Positions 10,225 to 20,805 are shown, counted from the stretch's first letter. The stretch is 64,000 nt of DNA from an uncultured Gammaproteobacteria bacterium (GCA_964408995.1 CAYPBP010000002.1:32491-96490); one strand, 5' to 3'. Program-made: numbers and translations. The notes: generated by a model not told the origin, from the letters alone.

Positions 10225-10305
10225 AGATTATTTGGCTATTATCGGTTAATGTTTAATGTTTTGGAATGGCTACCAAAAGACCGAATATAGTCAGAAACGA
10301 TTATA
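10225..10305 (-). promoter_or_regulatory. rpsO extended -10 promoter and structured 5' leader
   Basis: TGTTATAAT (TATAAT at 10300-10305); nested stems TCGGT/ACCGA, CTAT/ATAG, TTTTGG/CCAAAA. Confidence 0.5.
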
Positions 10306-10310
10306 ACACA

Positions 10311-11213
10311 TCAATTAAAATTTAAGCTATCTACTATTTTTGAATCATAACAACTATCACCAGTTGAGTTTTTGGCAAGATTACATGCTTGTCCAAGTTC
10401 AAATAAGACTAATTTTCCTTTTGTTTGGTTATATCTTAATTTAACCATAAAATTCATAGGACATTCGCTTTCACCTAACTCTTTTCCATCTCCCAATATG
10501 CTGACATCAAAAGCTTCAGTGGTGTCAATTTTAGTTTTTTTACCAAGTTTACAACCTGAACCATATTTTGATTTAATAAATTGTTCTAGTTCCTCATCGT
10601 TTTTAATATTAGCAGCATAAATCTTTAGAGAAGTAATATTACCGCTAGATACCTTATCTTCTTCTATTAATTCAAAGTTAGTTTTTAATTTTTCACATCT
10701 AGAAAAATTACTTATTCCTTCTGATGTTTTTTGTTCACCGGTTAAACTATAAAAATTATCCGCTGCTAAATAAATAGTTTCCTTATTTTCAAAAAAATTA
10801 ATAGAAACATTGCCACTATTTGGTCTATAAGAATCAGGTTCTTTTTTGCATTCTACAGATCCACTTGCAAATTTTGGAATAGTTAAAGAAAAACCAAACT
10901 TATTGTTGGTATATAAATTATTATTGGCATCTTTTTCAATTAAAGTAGATTCTGTGGAAGCGAGGGTTGGAATGATAGTCGGAATTGTTTCTTCATTATC
11001 AGTTGTTTCTTGAGTTAAATCTGTGGTTAATTCTGTCGTTTGTTTGTTGTTTAATTGGTTAATTTTATTATTCAAAAGAAAATAAAAACCAATAATTAAA
11101 GCTAAAATAACAATAATCGAAGCAACAAATAAATATTTAAAAATGTTTGATTTCTTAACAGGTTCTATTGATTGAATTGGTTGAATCTCTGGATTTTGAT
11201 TTATATTGTCCAT
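10311..11213 (-). CDS. Single-pass membrane-anchored extracytoplasmic protein with Thr-rich linker and Cys pairs
   Basis: N-terminal TM helix, T/E-rich linker, YTNNKFGFSLTIP motif, 6 Cys. Confidence 0.7.
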   Translation of the reverse strand: MDNINQNPEIQPIQSIEPVKKSNIFKYLFVASIIVILALIIGFYFLLNNKINQLNNKQTTELTTDLTQETTDNEETIPTIIPTLASTESTLIEKDANNNLYTNNKFGFSLTIPKFASGSVECKKEPDSYRPNSGNVSINFFENKETIYLAADNFYSLTGEQKTSEGISNFSRCEKLKTNFELIEEDKVSSGNITSLKIYAANIKNDEELEQFIKSKYGSGCKLGKKTKIDTTEAFDVSILGDGKELGESECPMNFMVKLRYNQTKGKLVLFELGQACNLAKNSTGDSCYDSKIVDSLNFN

Positions 11214-11296
11214 ATAGTTTATATATTAAATCTTTATTGATTAAATTCAATTGGATATTGAAAAAATATCAAAAAAAATCCCGCATTAACGGGACT

Positions 11297-11348
11297 AAAA
11301 CCCACTCCTCTCAGATTTCATCTGAGGGACCTCCCTTGACAAGGAGGC
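11297..11348 (+). repeat. Dispersed double-hairpin mini-element, family B
   Basis: aaaacccac-tcctctcagat-ttc-atctgaggga-cctccc-ttgacaa-ggagg. Confidence 0.7.
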
Positions 11349-11359
11349 TTTAAATATTT

Positions 11360-11551
11360 TTATTGACCATTGTTAGATTCACGCATATTTTCGGTGTAAA
11401 CACAACCGTCACCATCGAGAACAATAACCTCTCCAGGTTCTAATTCTATTCTTTTTAAGATTTCATCCAAATTTACCCTTCCTTCTTTGTGTGGTGAATT
11501 AATATCCCCAATTTCTCCATTTGGTTTTATATCTTTTTCGATTAATGGCAT
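11360..11551 (-). CDS. Small hypothetical protein (63 aa)
   Basis: Co-oriented ORF 5 bp after the upstream stop. Confidence 0.5.
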   Translation of the reverse strand: MPLIEKDIKPNGEIGDINSPHKEGRVNLDEILKRIELEPGEVIVLDGDGCVYTENMRESNNGQ

Positions 11552-11556
11552 TTTAT

Positions 11557-12420
11557 TTAAGCGGTTGGGATCGAATCAGTTGGTTGGAATGGTTGATTAG
11601 TTTGACTTGATTTTTGGACTGGTTGGGTTGGTGACTGAACTGGTTGAGTTTGTGTTTCGCTTTGAGGAGGTTGAGATTGGACTGGTTGAGTTTGATTTGG
11701 TTGAACTGGAGGAACAAATTCAGTTAATTGAGTAGCACGTAAACAAGTAGCACCAGCTTCAAAAGTTTCTGGAGAAACATTAATTGAGAAAGATTGAGTA
11801 GCAACACGAAGAGCAATTAAAAGATTTTTAGCTGCATCTGGAGTTAGCTCTAGACCAAGCATAGGTAATAAGAAAGATAAAATTTCAGAAAAAGGAGCAT
11901 CTTGATCAATAATATTGGCTTTAGCCCATGACTTATTACCAATAGTTGGAGAGATGTTAATCCAATTACCTTTGTTAACCATATTAGAATTGACACCTAA
12001 GCTGGATTCGTCACCGAACATGAAGTTAATATCTGAAGAACCACCAGATTGATTATTGATAATAATTTGATCGTTAGAAACATTGACAGAACCGTCTTTG
12101 GTTTGAACAACTAAATTTAATTTGCCATTGTCTTGGTTGTAGGTAACTTTTTCAATTTGATCTAAAGGATAGTCAAGGGTGACAACTAGGTCGTTTTGAC
12201 CATAAACATCAGTCAAAAGTTCTAATCCACTTAATTTAGTGTAATTAGCATCAGTTTTTTGAGGACAAAAAACTTTTGGAGTAATATTTGATTTTTTTAG
12301 GAGAAGAGCTAGTGCCAAGGCTGAACCGATGCTATCAACACTAAGTTGAGGCACAACGATAAGAGCTGATTTGGCAGCACTGATTAAATTCTTGATTTCA
12401 GTAACTTGATAGTTTTTCAT
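11557..12420 (-). CDS. Degenerate DHH/NrnA-like protein with Pro/Gln-rich tail
   Basis: SVDSIGSALAL resembles DHH motif I; no DHH triad; located downstream of infB. Confidence 0.6.
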   Translation of the reverse strand: MKNYQVTEIKNLISAAKSALIVVPQLSVDSIGSALALALLLKKSNITPKVFCPQKTDANYTKLSGLELLTDVYGQNDLVVTLDYPLDQIEKVTYNQDNGKLNLVVQTKDGSVNVSNDQIIINNQSGGSSDINFMFGDESSLGVNSNMVNKGNWINISPTIGNKSWAKANIIDQDAPFSEILSFLLPMLGLELTPDAAKNLLIALRVATQSFSINVSPETFEAGATCLRATQLTEFVPPVQPNQTQPVQSQPPQSETQTQPVQSPTQPVQKSSQTNQPFQPTDSIPTA

Positions 12421-12500
12421 AAGAAGACCTGCTAGCTTTTAATTCTTATAAGAACCTTACGGTTCTTTTAACGTTCAATGAATAGCTGCGCTATAGCTAT

Positions 12501-13934
12501 CTACTTCGTGTTATAGGCTATTATAACATCATTTATCTTAAAATCAATATAGGGCTTGAAAGTCATGCCACATTCAGTTCCAGACTTGATTTTTTCGATA
12601 ATATTTTTAGCTTGGTGGATACCTTCAACCTTGGTATCTTTGATGATTTTGTCATCACGTTTTAAGTGAATTAAATCCCCTTTACAGATTTCTCCTTTAG
12701 TACATTGAACGCCAGAAATACGAACTTTATCGATTTTGAATTCAGCTTTAATCAAACCTTCTCCAAGAACAGTTTCGTCAATGGTAGGTTCTAAAAGATG
12801 TAAAACTTGGTTTTGAATATCTTCAATAATTTCATAAATAATTCTGGATTCAAAAATTCTGACCTTAGTATTCTCGGCTATTTGAGCAATGTGCTTTGGG
12901 GTAGAAACATTGAAGGCAAAAATTTGAGCTTTGGAAGCTTCGGCCAAGAAAACATCATTGTCAGAAACAGCACCAATCCCAGAAGAAATTACAATTACAT
13001 CTTCATTAAAGCTATTTTCTAGAGCTTCTAAAGTACCCCTAACATCGGCTTTTAAGATTACTTTTAACTTAGGATTTTCTTCGGTAGATTCGAGTAAAAC
13101 TCGTTGTTCTTTACTTGGTTGTAAACATTCAGATTTAGTAGAAATAACGAGGCTGCTAACTGGTGGAACTTTTTCAAAGCCTAAAACTTCAACTGGAGTG
13201 CTAGGACCAGCTTCTTTTAGAGAAACACCATTACAATCTATCATGGCTTTAACTTTACAAAGAATGTCTTCACAGTAAACAATGTCACCAACACGGAGAG
13301 TACCGTTGTTGACGATTAAGGAAGCCACTGGACCTCTAGCTTTATCGAGACGAGATTCGATAATAACAGCTTCAAAACAACCAGCTGGATCAGCTTGTAA
13401 CTCAAGAATTTCAGCATTTAATAAAATCATTTCTAAAAGATCTTCAATACCTTGACCAGTTTTGGCAGAAACTGGAAGAACAGCTAATTGACCACCATAT
13501 TCTTCGGGAGTATAGCCTAATTCAACTAATTGACCTTTAACTTTATCAGGAGAAGCATTTTCTAAATCAATTTTGTTCATGGCCACAATGAAAGGAATAT
13601 CGGTTTTTTTGATATGTTCGATACATTCTTTGGTTTGAGGCATGATGCCTTCGACAGCAGAAACAACTAAAATTATCATGTCGGTGGCTTTGGCACCACA
13701 AGCACGCATGTTTATAAAAGCAGCATGGCCGGGAGTATCGATAAAAGTGATTAGTTTAGCTTCGCCGTTTTTTTCAGTAACTTTAGCTTGATAAGCACCA
13801 ATGTGTTGAGTAATACCACCGGCTTCTTTTTTCCAGACATTAGTAGAACGAATCTTGTCTAAAAGAGAGGTTTTACCATGATCAATATGACCCATGACGG
13901 CAACGATCGGTGGACGAGTTAATTTATTAGTCAT
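12501..13934 (-). CDS. infB: Translation initiation factor IF-2 (short form)
   Basis: [29 protein letters not shown]; start moved to ATG 13934 because the longer ORF begins in a repeat. Confidence 0.95.
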   Translation of the reverse strand: MTNKLTRPPIVAVMGHIDHGKTSLLDKIRSTNVWKKEAGGITQHIGAYQAKVTEKNGEAKLITFIDTPGHAAFINMRACGAKATDMIILVVSAVEGIMPQTKECIEHIKKTDIPFIVAMNKIDLENASPDKVKGQLVELGYTPEEYGGQLAVLPVSAKTGQGIEDLLEMILLNAEILELQADPAGCFEAVIIESRLDKARGPVASLIVNNGTLRVGDIVYCEDILCKVKAMIDCNGVSLKEAGPSTPVEVLGFEKVPPVSSLVISTKSECLQPSKEQRVLLESTEENPKLKVILKADVRGTLEALENSFNEDVIVISSGIGAVSDNDVFLAEASKAQIFAFNVSTPKHIAQIAENTKVRIFESRIIYEIIEDIQNQVLHLLEPTIDETVLGEGLIKAEFKIDKVRISGVQCTKGEICKGDLIHLKRDDKIIKDTKVEGIHQAKNIIEKIKSGTECGMTFKPYIDFKINDVIIAYNTK

Positions 13935-13939
13935 ATTTT

Positions 13940-13973
13940 CAATCTCCCCTAGCCCCTCTTTCACAAGAGGGGA
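13940..13973 (+). repeat. Dispersed palindromic mini-element, family A
   Basis: caatctcccctagcccctctttcacaagagggga; near-identical to 57555-57590. Confidence 0.8.
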
Positions 13974-13982
13974 AAATTTAAT

Positions 13983-14987
13983 CTATTTTTTAGTTGAAGC
14001 TGGTTTAGTATCAGAACCAAGTTTGATTTCTAGACCAACTAATTGACCTGCCAAACGAACGTTTTCTCCACCACCACCAATAGCTAGAGCTAATTGTGAT
14101 TCTGGAATAGTAACGTTGGCATAATTGTCTGTTATTTCAATAATTTTGACGTCTTGGGCTGGAGAAAGAGCTTGAGCAATAAATTGGCTCAAGTTTTGAG
14201 AAAAACCAACAACGTCAACTTTTTCTTCGCTTGGAAGTTCACCTAAAATGGCTTGAATTCGAGAACCTTTTTGACCAATACAAGAACCAACAGGATCAAT
14301 GCCTGGTTGACTTGAAGAAACAGCAATTTTAGTTCTTTCACCTGGAGTTCTGGCAATGCGCTCAATTATGACTGAACCATTAGCAACTTCTGGAACTTCA
14401 CGAGCAAACAACTCTTTGACAAAATTATTATCTCTTCTTGAGAGAATGATTTCACTACGACCATTGTCGTCATGAGTAATTTCTTTTAATAAGAAGAATT
14501 TTTTAGCACCTAAAGGTAATATTTCATTTCTAATTTGTTCGTCTTTTGGACAAATTCCTTCGGTCTTGCCAACTCCAACAACCATTTTATAAGAATCATT
14601 TTTTAAAACAACACAAGAAATTAGAGTGCCAAGCTTTTTTTCAAATTCGGCCACAACTGATTCTTTTTCAGCTTCGTGAATTTTTTGATCAATAACTTGT
14701 TTGGCAGTTTGAGCAGCAATACGACCAAAACCTGGAGGAGTAACATCAGTTTTATTATCACCATCAACTTTGAAAACTCTAAAAGAGCCAATTTCTGGAG
14801 ATAATTCAGCCACAAATTGATCTTCTTCTGGAACTATGATGCCGTGTTCTTTTTGATCACGTTTATAAGCAAAAATTAAACCAAGCTCGATAGAATCCAA
14901 AATAGATTGAACATCAATATTTCTTTCACCGGCAATTTGAGCTACGGCAGCTGCAAACTCTGTTTTAGGTAGTTTTTTTAAGTCCAT
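13983..14987 (-). CDS. nusA: Transcription factor NusA
   Basis: FGRIAAQTAKQVI, ARTPGERTKIAV, DPVGSCIG, AIGGGGENVRLA. Confidence 0.96.
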   Translation of the reverse strand: MDLKKLPKTEFAAAVAQIAGERNIDVQSILDSIELGLIFAYKRDQKEHGIIVPEEDQFVAELSPEIGSFRVFKVDGDNKTDVTPPGFGRIAAQTAKQVIDQKIHEAEKESVVAEFEKKLGTLISCVVLKNDSYKMVVGVGKTEGICPKDEQIRNEILPLGAKKFFLLKEITHDDNGRSEIILSRRDNNFVKELFAREVPEVANGSVIIERIARTPGERTKIAVSSSQPGIDPVGSCIGQKGSRIQAILGELPSEEKVDVVGFSQNLSQFIAQALSPAQDVKIIEITDNYANVTIPESQLALAIGGGGENVRLAGQLVGLEIKLGSDTKPASTKK

Positions 14988-15012
14988 TTTGAATTCTCCT
15001 TGGCAATGATTT

Positions 15013-15037
15013 AAAAAAGGGGCTTTGTAGGCCCCTT
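15013..15037 (-). terminator. Terminator between dnaJ and nusA (possible nusA leader attenuator)
   Basis: AAGGGGCC-TACAA-AGCCCCTTTTTT; TGGTATAAT extended -10 upstream at 15071-15079. Confidence 0.7.
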
Positions 15038-15085
15038 AAACAAAAACACTGCAAAAATTATTATGTCTAGATTATACCAGAAATT

Positions 15086-15943
15086 TTACAAATCGAGCTG
15101 TTTTAATAGATCTTTTTGACGACTGGAAAGACGAGTTGGAATTTCAACAAAAAGACGAATATAAAAATCACCTTGACCATAACCATTAACATCTTTAATC
15201 CCCTGACCCTTAAGGCGAACCAAAGTGTTTGGTTGAGTGCCTGGTTTGACTCTAACTTTAAGAGAATCTTTTAGAGTGGGAACTTCAATAGTATCACCGA
15301 AAATGGCTTGAGTAAGGCTAATATTGGCATTTATATAAACGTCATTACCATCACGTTTAAAAACTTTATCAGGTTGGACATCAATATAAAGAACAAAATC
15401 AGAAAAACGAATTTTTTGACCATCATCAACACCAGCTGGAATTTTAATAGTCTTCTTTTTACCTCCAATTAAAACTTCTTTTTGAACACCGTTGGCAGCT
15501 TCTAGAAAAGAAACACTAATTTTGTAGGTTTCTAATTGTCTGCCTCGGCTTTGTTGACCACCAAAAGATCCACCAAAGAATTGTTCAAAAATATCAAAAG
15601 GATTATTGAAACCTTCAAAATCAAAACTGGCACCACTAAAAGGATTACCACCAGAGGAACTAGTATAAGTGAAAGGGCCATTTTGGCTGGTATAAGTGTG
15701 ACCACCCATACCACCTGAGCCTTGATCAAAAGCAGCATGACCAAATTGGTCATAAGCAGACTTTTTTTGATCATTACTCAAAACTTCATAAGCTTCGTTG
15801 ATTTCTTTGAATTTTTCCTCGGCATCAGGAGATTTATTCTTATCTGGATGAAACTTTAAAGCCGACTTTCGATAAGCGCTTTTGATTTCATCCTTGCTGG
15901 CGTTTTTGGAAACACCTAAAGTTTCATAAAAATCTTTTTTCAT
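15086..15943 (-). CDS. dnaJ: DnaJ-class co-chaperone without Zn finger
   Basis: J domain with HPD, G/F-rich region, C-terminal domain, no CxxCxGxG repeats; follows dnaK. Confidence 0.9.
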   Translation of the reverse strand: MKKDFYETLGVSKNASKDEIKSAYRKSALKFHPDKNKSPDAEEKFKEINEAYEVLSNDQKKSAYDQFGHAAFDQGSGGMGGHTYTSQNGPFTYTSSSGGNPFSGASFDFEGFNNPFDIFEQFFGGSFGGQQSRGRQLETYKISVSFLEAANGVQKEVLIGGKKKTIKIPAGVDDGQKIRFSDFVLYIDVQPDKVFKRDGNDVYINANISLTQAIFGDTIEVPTLKDSLKVRVKPGTQPNTLVRLKGQGIKDVNGYGQGDFYIRLFVEIPTRLSSRQKDLLKQLDL

Positions 15944-15954
15944 AAAAACCATTC

Positions 15955-15982
15955 ATTCACCCCCGCTGTTGCGGGGGTGAAT
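15955..15982. terminator. Strong hairpin between dnaK and dnaJ (terminator or mRNA stabiliser)
   Basis: attcacccccgc-tgtt-gcgggggtgaat, 12-bp stem. Confidence 0.6.
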
Positions 15983-15993
15983 AGTAATATTTT

Positions 15994-17907
15994 TTATTCT
16001 ACCACTTCCCCTTCTTCAACTTTTTTATCATCAGCTTTAACTTCTTCGGCTTCTTTTGGCTCGGCATCTTTTGATTCAGCTTCTGGTCCGCCAGTTGGAG
16101 GTTGTTGTTGCTCATAGATAGCAGCACCAACAGTTTGAAGAATTTGACCTAACTCTTCTGAAGCTTTGTCCATTTCATCTTTGGTAGCATCAGTTTTGGC
16201 TAAAATATCTTGAGAAGATTTGATTTGTTCTTCAATTTTGGCCTTATCTTCTGGTTTAACTTTATCGGCAAAATCTTTTAAAGTTTTTTCACCAGAGAAA
16301 ATGGTGCCATCTAATTTATTTCTAGATTCAGCTAAACCTTTTTTCTCTTCATCTTCTTGAGCATGAGCTTCGGCTTCTTTTTTCATTTGCTCAATCTCTT
16401 CCTCTTTGAGATTAGTAGCATTTTGAATAGTAATGCGTTGCTCTTTGCCAGTGCCTTTGTCTTTGGCAGAAACTGAAAGAATGCCGTTACTGTCGATATC
16501 GAAAGTAACTTCGATTTGAGGCATACCACGAGGTGCAGGTGGAATTCCGTCTAAAATAAATCTACCAAGAGATTTATTGTCAGTAGCCATTGGACGCTCA
16601 CCTTGAAGAACATTGATTTCAACTTGAGGTTGATTGTCAGCATAGGTAGTAAAGATTTGAGATTTTTTGGTAGGAACAGTAGTATTTCTCTCGATTAGAG
16701 GAGTTCTAACTCCACCGGCAGTTTCAATACCAAAAGTTAAAGGAGTGACGTCCAAAAGAACTACATCTTTAACTTCACCAGTTAAGACAGCTCCTTGAAC
16801 AGCAGCACCAATAGCCACAACTTCATCTGGATTAACAGTGTTGTTTAAATCTTTACCAAAGAAGTTTTTAATCACCTCTTGGACTTTTGGCATACGGGTC
16901 ATACCACCGACCATAATGACTTCTTTGATGTCCGACTTAGTAACTTTGGCATCTTTTAGAGCTTTTTCGACTGGAGCAATAGTTTTTTGAATTAAATCAT
17001 CAACTAATTTTTCCAATTCAGATCGAGTCATTTTCTTGGTCAAGTGAAGTGGGTTACCATCTTTTTGAGTGATGAATGGTAAATTGATTTCAGTTTCAGC
17101 AGCAGAGCTTAATTCGATTTTAGCTTTTTCGGCAGCTTCTCGGACACGTTGTAGAGCTTGAGGATCTTTACTTAAATCAACCCCATTTTGTTTTTGGAAA
17201 TCATCAGTAATCCAAGTAATAATTTTTTGATCAAAATCATCACCACCAAGGAAAGTATCACCGTTGGTAGCTTTAACCTCAAAAATACCATCGCCGATTT
17301 CAAGAATGGAAATATCAAAAGTACCTCCACCTAAATCATAAACAGCAACTAATTCGTTACCTTTTTTGTCCAAACCATAGGCTAGTGCAGCTGCAGTTGG
17401 TTCATTAACAATTCTTTGAACATTAAGACCAGCAATTTCACCGGCTTGCTTGGTAGCTTGTCTTTGAGAATCGTCAAAATAAGCAGGAACAGTGATGACA
17501 GCATCAGTGACTTTTTCACCTAAATATTTTTCAGCATCAGCTTTGGCTTTTTGCAAAATCATAGCTGAAATCTCTTGAGGAGTATAGACTTTTCCCTCGA
17601 CCTCAACAGAAGCAGTATTGTCTTTACCAGCAACTATTTTATAAGGAGCAACACTTTGAGTTTTTTTAACTTCTGGATCGTCCATACGTTGACCCATTAA
17701 ACGTTTGACACTATAGATAGTGTTTTTTGAATTAAGAACCATTTGGCGTTTGGCTAAATCGCCAACCAATTTTTTGACTGGTTCAACGATAGAAGGGATA
17801 GTATTTCGACCTTCTGAGGTAATGATGACTTTAGGGACACCGCCCTCCATAACAGCAACGCAGGAGTTAGTGGTTCCTAAATCGATTCCGATTATTTTGT
17901 TTGACAT
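15994..17907 (-). CDS. dnaK: Chaperone DnaK
   Basis: [30 protein letters not shown]. Confidence 0.98.
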   Translation of the reverse strand: MSNKIIGIDLGTTNSCVAVMEGGVPKVIITSEGRNTIPSIVEPVKKLVGDLAKRQMVLNSKNTIYSVKRLMGQRMDDPEVKKTQSVAPYKIVAGKDNTASVEVEGKVYTPQEISAMILQKAKADAEKYLGEKVTDAVITVPAYFDDSQRQATKQAGEIAGLNVQRIVNEPTAAALAYGLDKKGNELVAVYDLGGGTFDISILEIGDGIFEVKATNGDTFLGGDDFDQKIITWITDDFQKQNGVDLSKDPQALQRVREAAEKAKIELSSAAETEINLPFITQKDGNPLHLTKKMTRSELEKLVDDLIQKTIAPVEKALKDAKVTKSDIKEVIMVGGMTRMPKVQEVIKNFFGKDLNNTVNPDEVVAIGAAVQGAVLTGEVKDVVLLDVTPLTFGIETAGGVRTPLIERNTTVPTKKSQIFTTYADNQPQVEINVLQGERPMATDNKSLGRFILDGIPPAPRGMPQIEVTFDIDSNGILSVSAKDKGTGKEQRITIQNATNLKEEEIEQMKKEAEAHAQEDEEKKGLAESRNKLDGTIFSGEKTLKDFADKVKPEDKAKIEEQIKSSQDILAKTDATKDEMDKASEELGQILQTVGAAIYEQQQPPTGGPEAESKDAEPKEAEEVKADDKKVEEGEVVE

Positions 17908-17972
17908 AGTTGTTTAGTGCTTTAGATCGTTAGATCGTTAGAGCTTTAGTTAGTTAATAAATAAATAAATAA

Positions 17973-18464
17973 TTAATTAATAATGTTTTGGTCAGTTAAC
18001 ATACCAACCGAGACTTGGGCAGGTCGGATAACATGACCATTTAATTTATAACCTAATTTTTTGACATCAACGACAAAGTTTTCCTTGCCTTTGGTAGTTT
18101 CGATACATTCCATAGATTGAGGATCAAATTCCAAACCAACTGGATTAATTTCTTCCAATCCTTCTATTTTAAGGACTGAATTAAATTTATCAATGGCCAT
18201 TTTTAAACCATCATCGTTGAGATGTTTTTGAGCTAAATAAAAATCGTCTAGAACATCAACCATTTTACTTAGAATAGAAGTAGTAGCCAAAGTAATAAAC
18301 ATTTGACGTTGAGCTTCAATTCTTTTTTCTAAATTAGAATAATCAGCTAAAGATCGGGCTAATTTATCGGCCATAATAGCTGATTCTTGCTCTAATTCAG
18401 TTATTTTTTGAACTAAATTGATGTCTGAAGTGTCGGTATTTTTTACTTTTTTATCTTTTGTCAT
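17973..18464 (-). CDS. grpE: Nucleotide exchange factor GrpE
   Basis: RSLADYSNLEKR, FDP, GYKLNGHVIRPAQVSV; operon position. Confidence 0.93.
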   Translation of the reverse strand: MTKDKKVKNTDTSDINLVQKITELEQESAIMADKLARSLADYSNLEKRIEAQRQMFITLATTSILSKMVDVLDDFYLAQKHLNDDGLKMAIDKFNSVLKIEGLEEINPVGLEFDPQSMECIETTKGKENFVVDVKKLGYKLNGHVIRPAQVSVGMLTDQNIIN

Positions 18465-18472
18465 AGATTTTA

Positions 18473-19210
18473 TTAACGACTAATAGTTGAAAGAAGTTCG
18501 GCGAAGTAATCGACGACTGGAACCACATATGGGTAGTGACATCGAGCTGGGCCGATAACTCCTAAGATTCCTCGATGAGGACCGGCTTCATAAGTTTGAT
18601 AAACAAAACCACATGGCTCGAGATGTTCGAGACCAAGATCTTCACCGATTAAAAGATGGACTATCTCAGGAGATTCTGGATTAAGATTACCAGCTTTGCT
18701 GACAATTTCAAACCAGAAAGTAGCATTATCGATTAAAGATAAAACTGTTTTGGTAACATCGATGTTAAAAAACTCTGGTTCTTCTAATAAATTTGAAGCA
18801 CCATAGTTATAAACAGAACCTTGATCGGTGGTGGCAATGGCCATGGAACGAGTTCGAGTAGCTAACTCTTTGGTAGTTTCGCGAAGTAAGCGATCGAATT
18901 CGTTTCGATATTCCCAAACCTTTTCTTTGGCTCCAATTTCATCGCTAACTGATAAATTTTTTGGGGTCATTAAATTACGGACGTAATATTTAAGACCCAT
19001 GGAAGTTGGAGTGCGACCAGAAGAAAGATGTCCTTTTTTTAAAAACCCCAGCTGGGTAAGAGCCATCATCTCATTTCTTATGGTAGCAGAAGAGATACCA
19101 AGGGAATATTTTTTTTCGAGGGTTTCAGAACCGACAGCATTGGCGGTTTCAATAAATTCCTCGGCGATACATTTAAGTATCTTTATTTGTCTTTGAGTTA
19201 AATCGGCCAT
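18473..19210 (-). CDS. hrcA: Heat-inducible repressor HrcA (short form)
   Basis: LTQRQIKIL, VGSETL, SSATIRNEM, HLSSGRTPT, GVIGP. Confidence 0.93.
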   Translation of the reverse strand: MADLTQRQIKILKCIAEEFIETANAVGSETLEKKYSLGISSATIRNEMMALTQLGFLKKGHLSSGRTPTSMGLKYYVRNLMTPKNLSVSDEIGAKEKVWEYRNEFDRLLRETTKELATRTRSMAIATTDQGSVYNYGASNLLEEPEFFNIDVTKTVLSLIDNATFWFEIVSKAGNLNPESPEIVHLLIGEDLGLEHLEPCGFVYQTYEAGPHRGILGVIGPARCHYPYVVPVVDYFAELLSTISR

Positions 19211-19211
19211 A

Positions 19212-19238
19212 TTAGCAATATAATAGACCGACTGCTAA
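19212..19238 (-). promoter_or_regulatory. CIRCE operator overlapping a sigma70 promoter of the hrcA operon
   Basis: TTAGCAGTC-N9-TATTGCTAA (consensus TTAGCACTC-N9-GAGTGCTAA); TTGACA (19243-19248)-N17-TATTAT. Confidence 0.85.
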
Positions 19239-19261
19239 ATTGTGTCAAGAGGTAAATTTTT

Positions 19262-19325
19262 TGCAAGAGAAAGCCGGCGGTTGTTTTGTTTTTACACAAA
19301 ATACCTATCCGGCAAGTTCTCTACA
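19262..19325. ncRNA. Long irregular intergenic hairpin, candidate ncRNA (unassigned)
   Basis: Nested stems agagaa/ttctct, gccgg/ccggc, ggt/acc, tgttttgt/acaaaata. Confidence 0.35.
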
Positions 19326-19375
19326 TATGTTGAATCTAAAATTCGGAGTGATAGCGGTTTTTGTTGATGGAACTT

Positions 19376-19666
19376 TTATTTCTTCAAAGTAAAAAATAGG
19401 AATACAGAAATAGCAGTCACTAGAAATAGATTAAGAATATTAAGAAGGCTGAAAAAAGCTAGAAGAATTAAGGATAGAATATAAAAAGAAATTAAAAGAT
19501 TTAATTTGTGATTTTTGGAAAAAACATAACAGGCAGAAATTAAACCACAAAAAATAATTAGAAAGAAAATTATTTTCGACCAAAGAGAAGTGGGAGCAAC
19601 AACATTAATAAAGATTAAAAAAATTCCCCAAAAAGTAAGAGAATAGTAGAAAAACTTTTTATTCAT
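19376..19666 (-). CDS. Small multi-pass membrane protein
   Basis: 96 aa, hydrophobic; overlaps the rmuC stop. Confidence 0.7.
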   Translation of the reverse strand: MNKKFFYYSLTFWGIFLIFINVVAPTSLWSKIIFFLIIFCGLISACYVFSKNHKLNLLISFYILSLILLAFFSLLNILNLFLVTAISVFLFFTLKK

Positions 19667-20744
19667 GGAGTTTTAAATTTGGATCAGTTTCTTCAGTTTT
19701 AATTTTGTTAACAATTTTGACTAATTGATTGGTACGAGTGGTGTCGACGGCAGTATATTTCTTTTGAAGAGATTCAATGCTGGTACCAATGTCTTTAAAG
19801 CCTTGATTATAATTATCGAATTCTTCGGCAAATTTTTTGATATAACCAATAATATTGGCAACATTTTTTTGATAACGGAAATTATCGTAAGCTTGATGAA
19901 CCATTCTTAGAATAGCAGTGAACGAAAAAGGTCCAGCCAAAATAACTTTTTTGCTCATGGCATCTTGTAAAAGATCTGGGAAACGGTCATAAATAAAACT
20001 GAAAATCATTTCATTTGGGATAAATAAAATGACAAAATCAACAGTATTTTTTTCGGGGTTAATATATTCACGACTAGTCACCTCTTTGATTTTGGTTTTA
20101 ATATCTTGCTCAAATAATTTTTTGAGTCTTTCCTTTTCTTCTTTATTATCAGCCTCACTCATTTTGACTAAATTTTGATAGGGGAATTTGGAATCAACAT
20201 TAATCATCATGCCATCTGGCATATAGACGGTAAAATCGGGGCGAGAAGAGTCACCACTGACTTGTTTGTTGTAACTAACACCACTGACAAAACCAGACAT
20301 TTTTAATAAGTCCTCGGCCACCTGCTCACCAAATTGACCTCGCATTTGATTGTTGCTCAAAACATTTTTGAGACCTTCGGTGGTAGTTTTTAATTGATTG
20401 GTTAGAGTTTTTTGTTCTTCTAATCGCTCTGATAAAGCAGAAAAAGAACCAGTGCGTTTGATTTCCACTTCTTCCATTTTTTTATTATTTTTTTCAATTT
20501 CAGTTAGGGCTCTTTTGACTAAATCCTCAATCGCCTGTTTTTTGTTGTTCAAATCGGTGCCGATTTTTTGATCGGCCAGAGTGATTAATTGTTGACTAGC
20601 GTTTTTTAAGGCTTCGGGAAAAACTTGATTTAAGCTGTTACTAATTTCTTTTGATAGCTGGTCTGAATCAGGTTTTTTTGATTTGAAAATTAAAAAAAGT
20701 AGAGTGGCAAGAATTAGAAGTAAAAGGATGTAAACAAAAGTCAT
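19659..20744 (-). CDS. rmuC: DNA recombination protein RmuC
   Basis: N-terminal TM, coiled coil, RGQFGE, RPD, DSKFP, FVILFIPNE. Confidence 0.9.
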   Translation of the reverse strand: MTFVYILLLLILATLLFLIFKSKKPDSDQLSKEISNSLNQVFPEALKNASQQLITLADQKIGTDLNNKKQAIEDLVKRALTEIEKNNKKMEEVEIKRTGSFSALSERLEEQKTLTNQLKTTTEGLKNVLSNNQMRGQFGEQVAEDLLKMSGFVSGVSYNKQVSGDSSRPDFTVYMPDGMMINVDSKFPYQNLVKMSEADNKEEKERLKKLFEQDIKTKIKEVTSREYINPEKNTVDFVILFIPNEMIFSFIYDRFPDLLQDAMSKKVILAGPFSFTAILRMVHQAYDNFRYQKNVANIIGYIKKFAEEFDNYNQGFKDIGTSIESLQKKYTAVDTTRTNQLVKIVNKIKTEETDPNLKLHE

Positions 20745-20805
20745 AAGTTATTGTACTATATTCACCCACTAGACATTTACTAGACATTGAATATATAATT
20801 ACTTT

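Noticed and set aside
13935-13964. N-terminal extension MKEGLGEIEN of IF2
   Set aside because: Derived from the family A repeat; the ATG at 13934 fits the conserved start better
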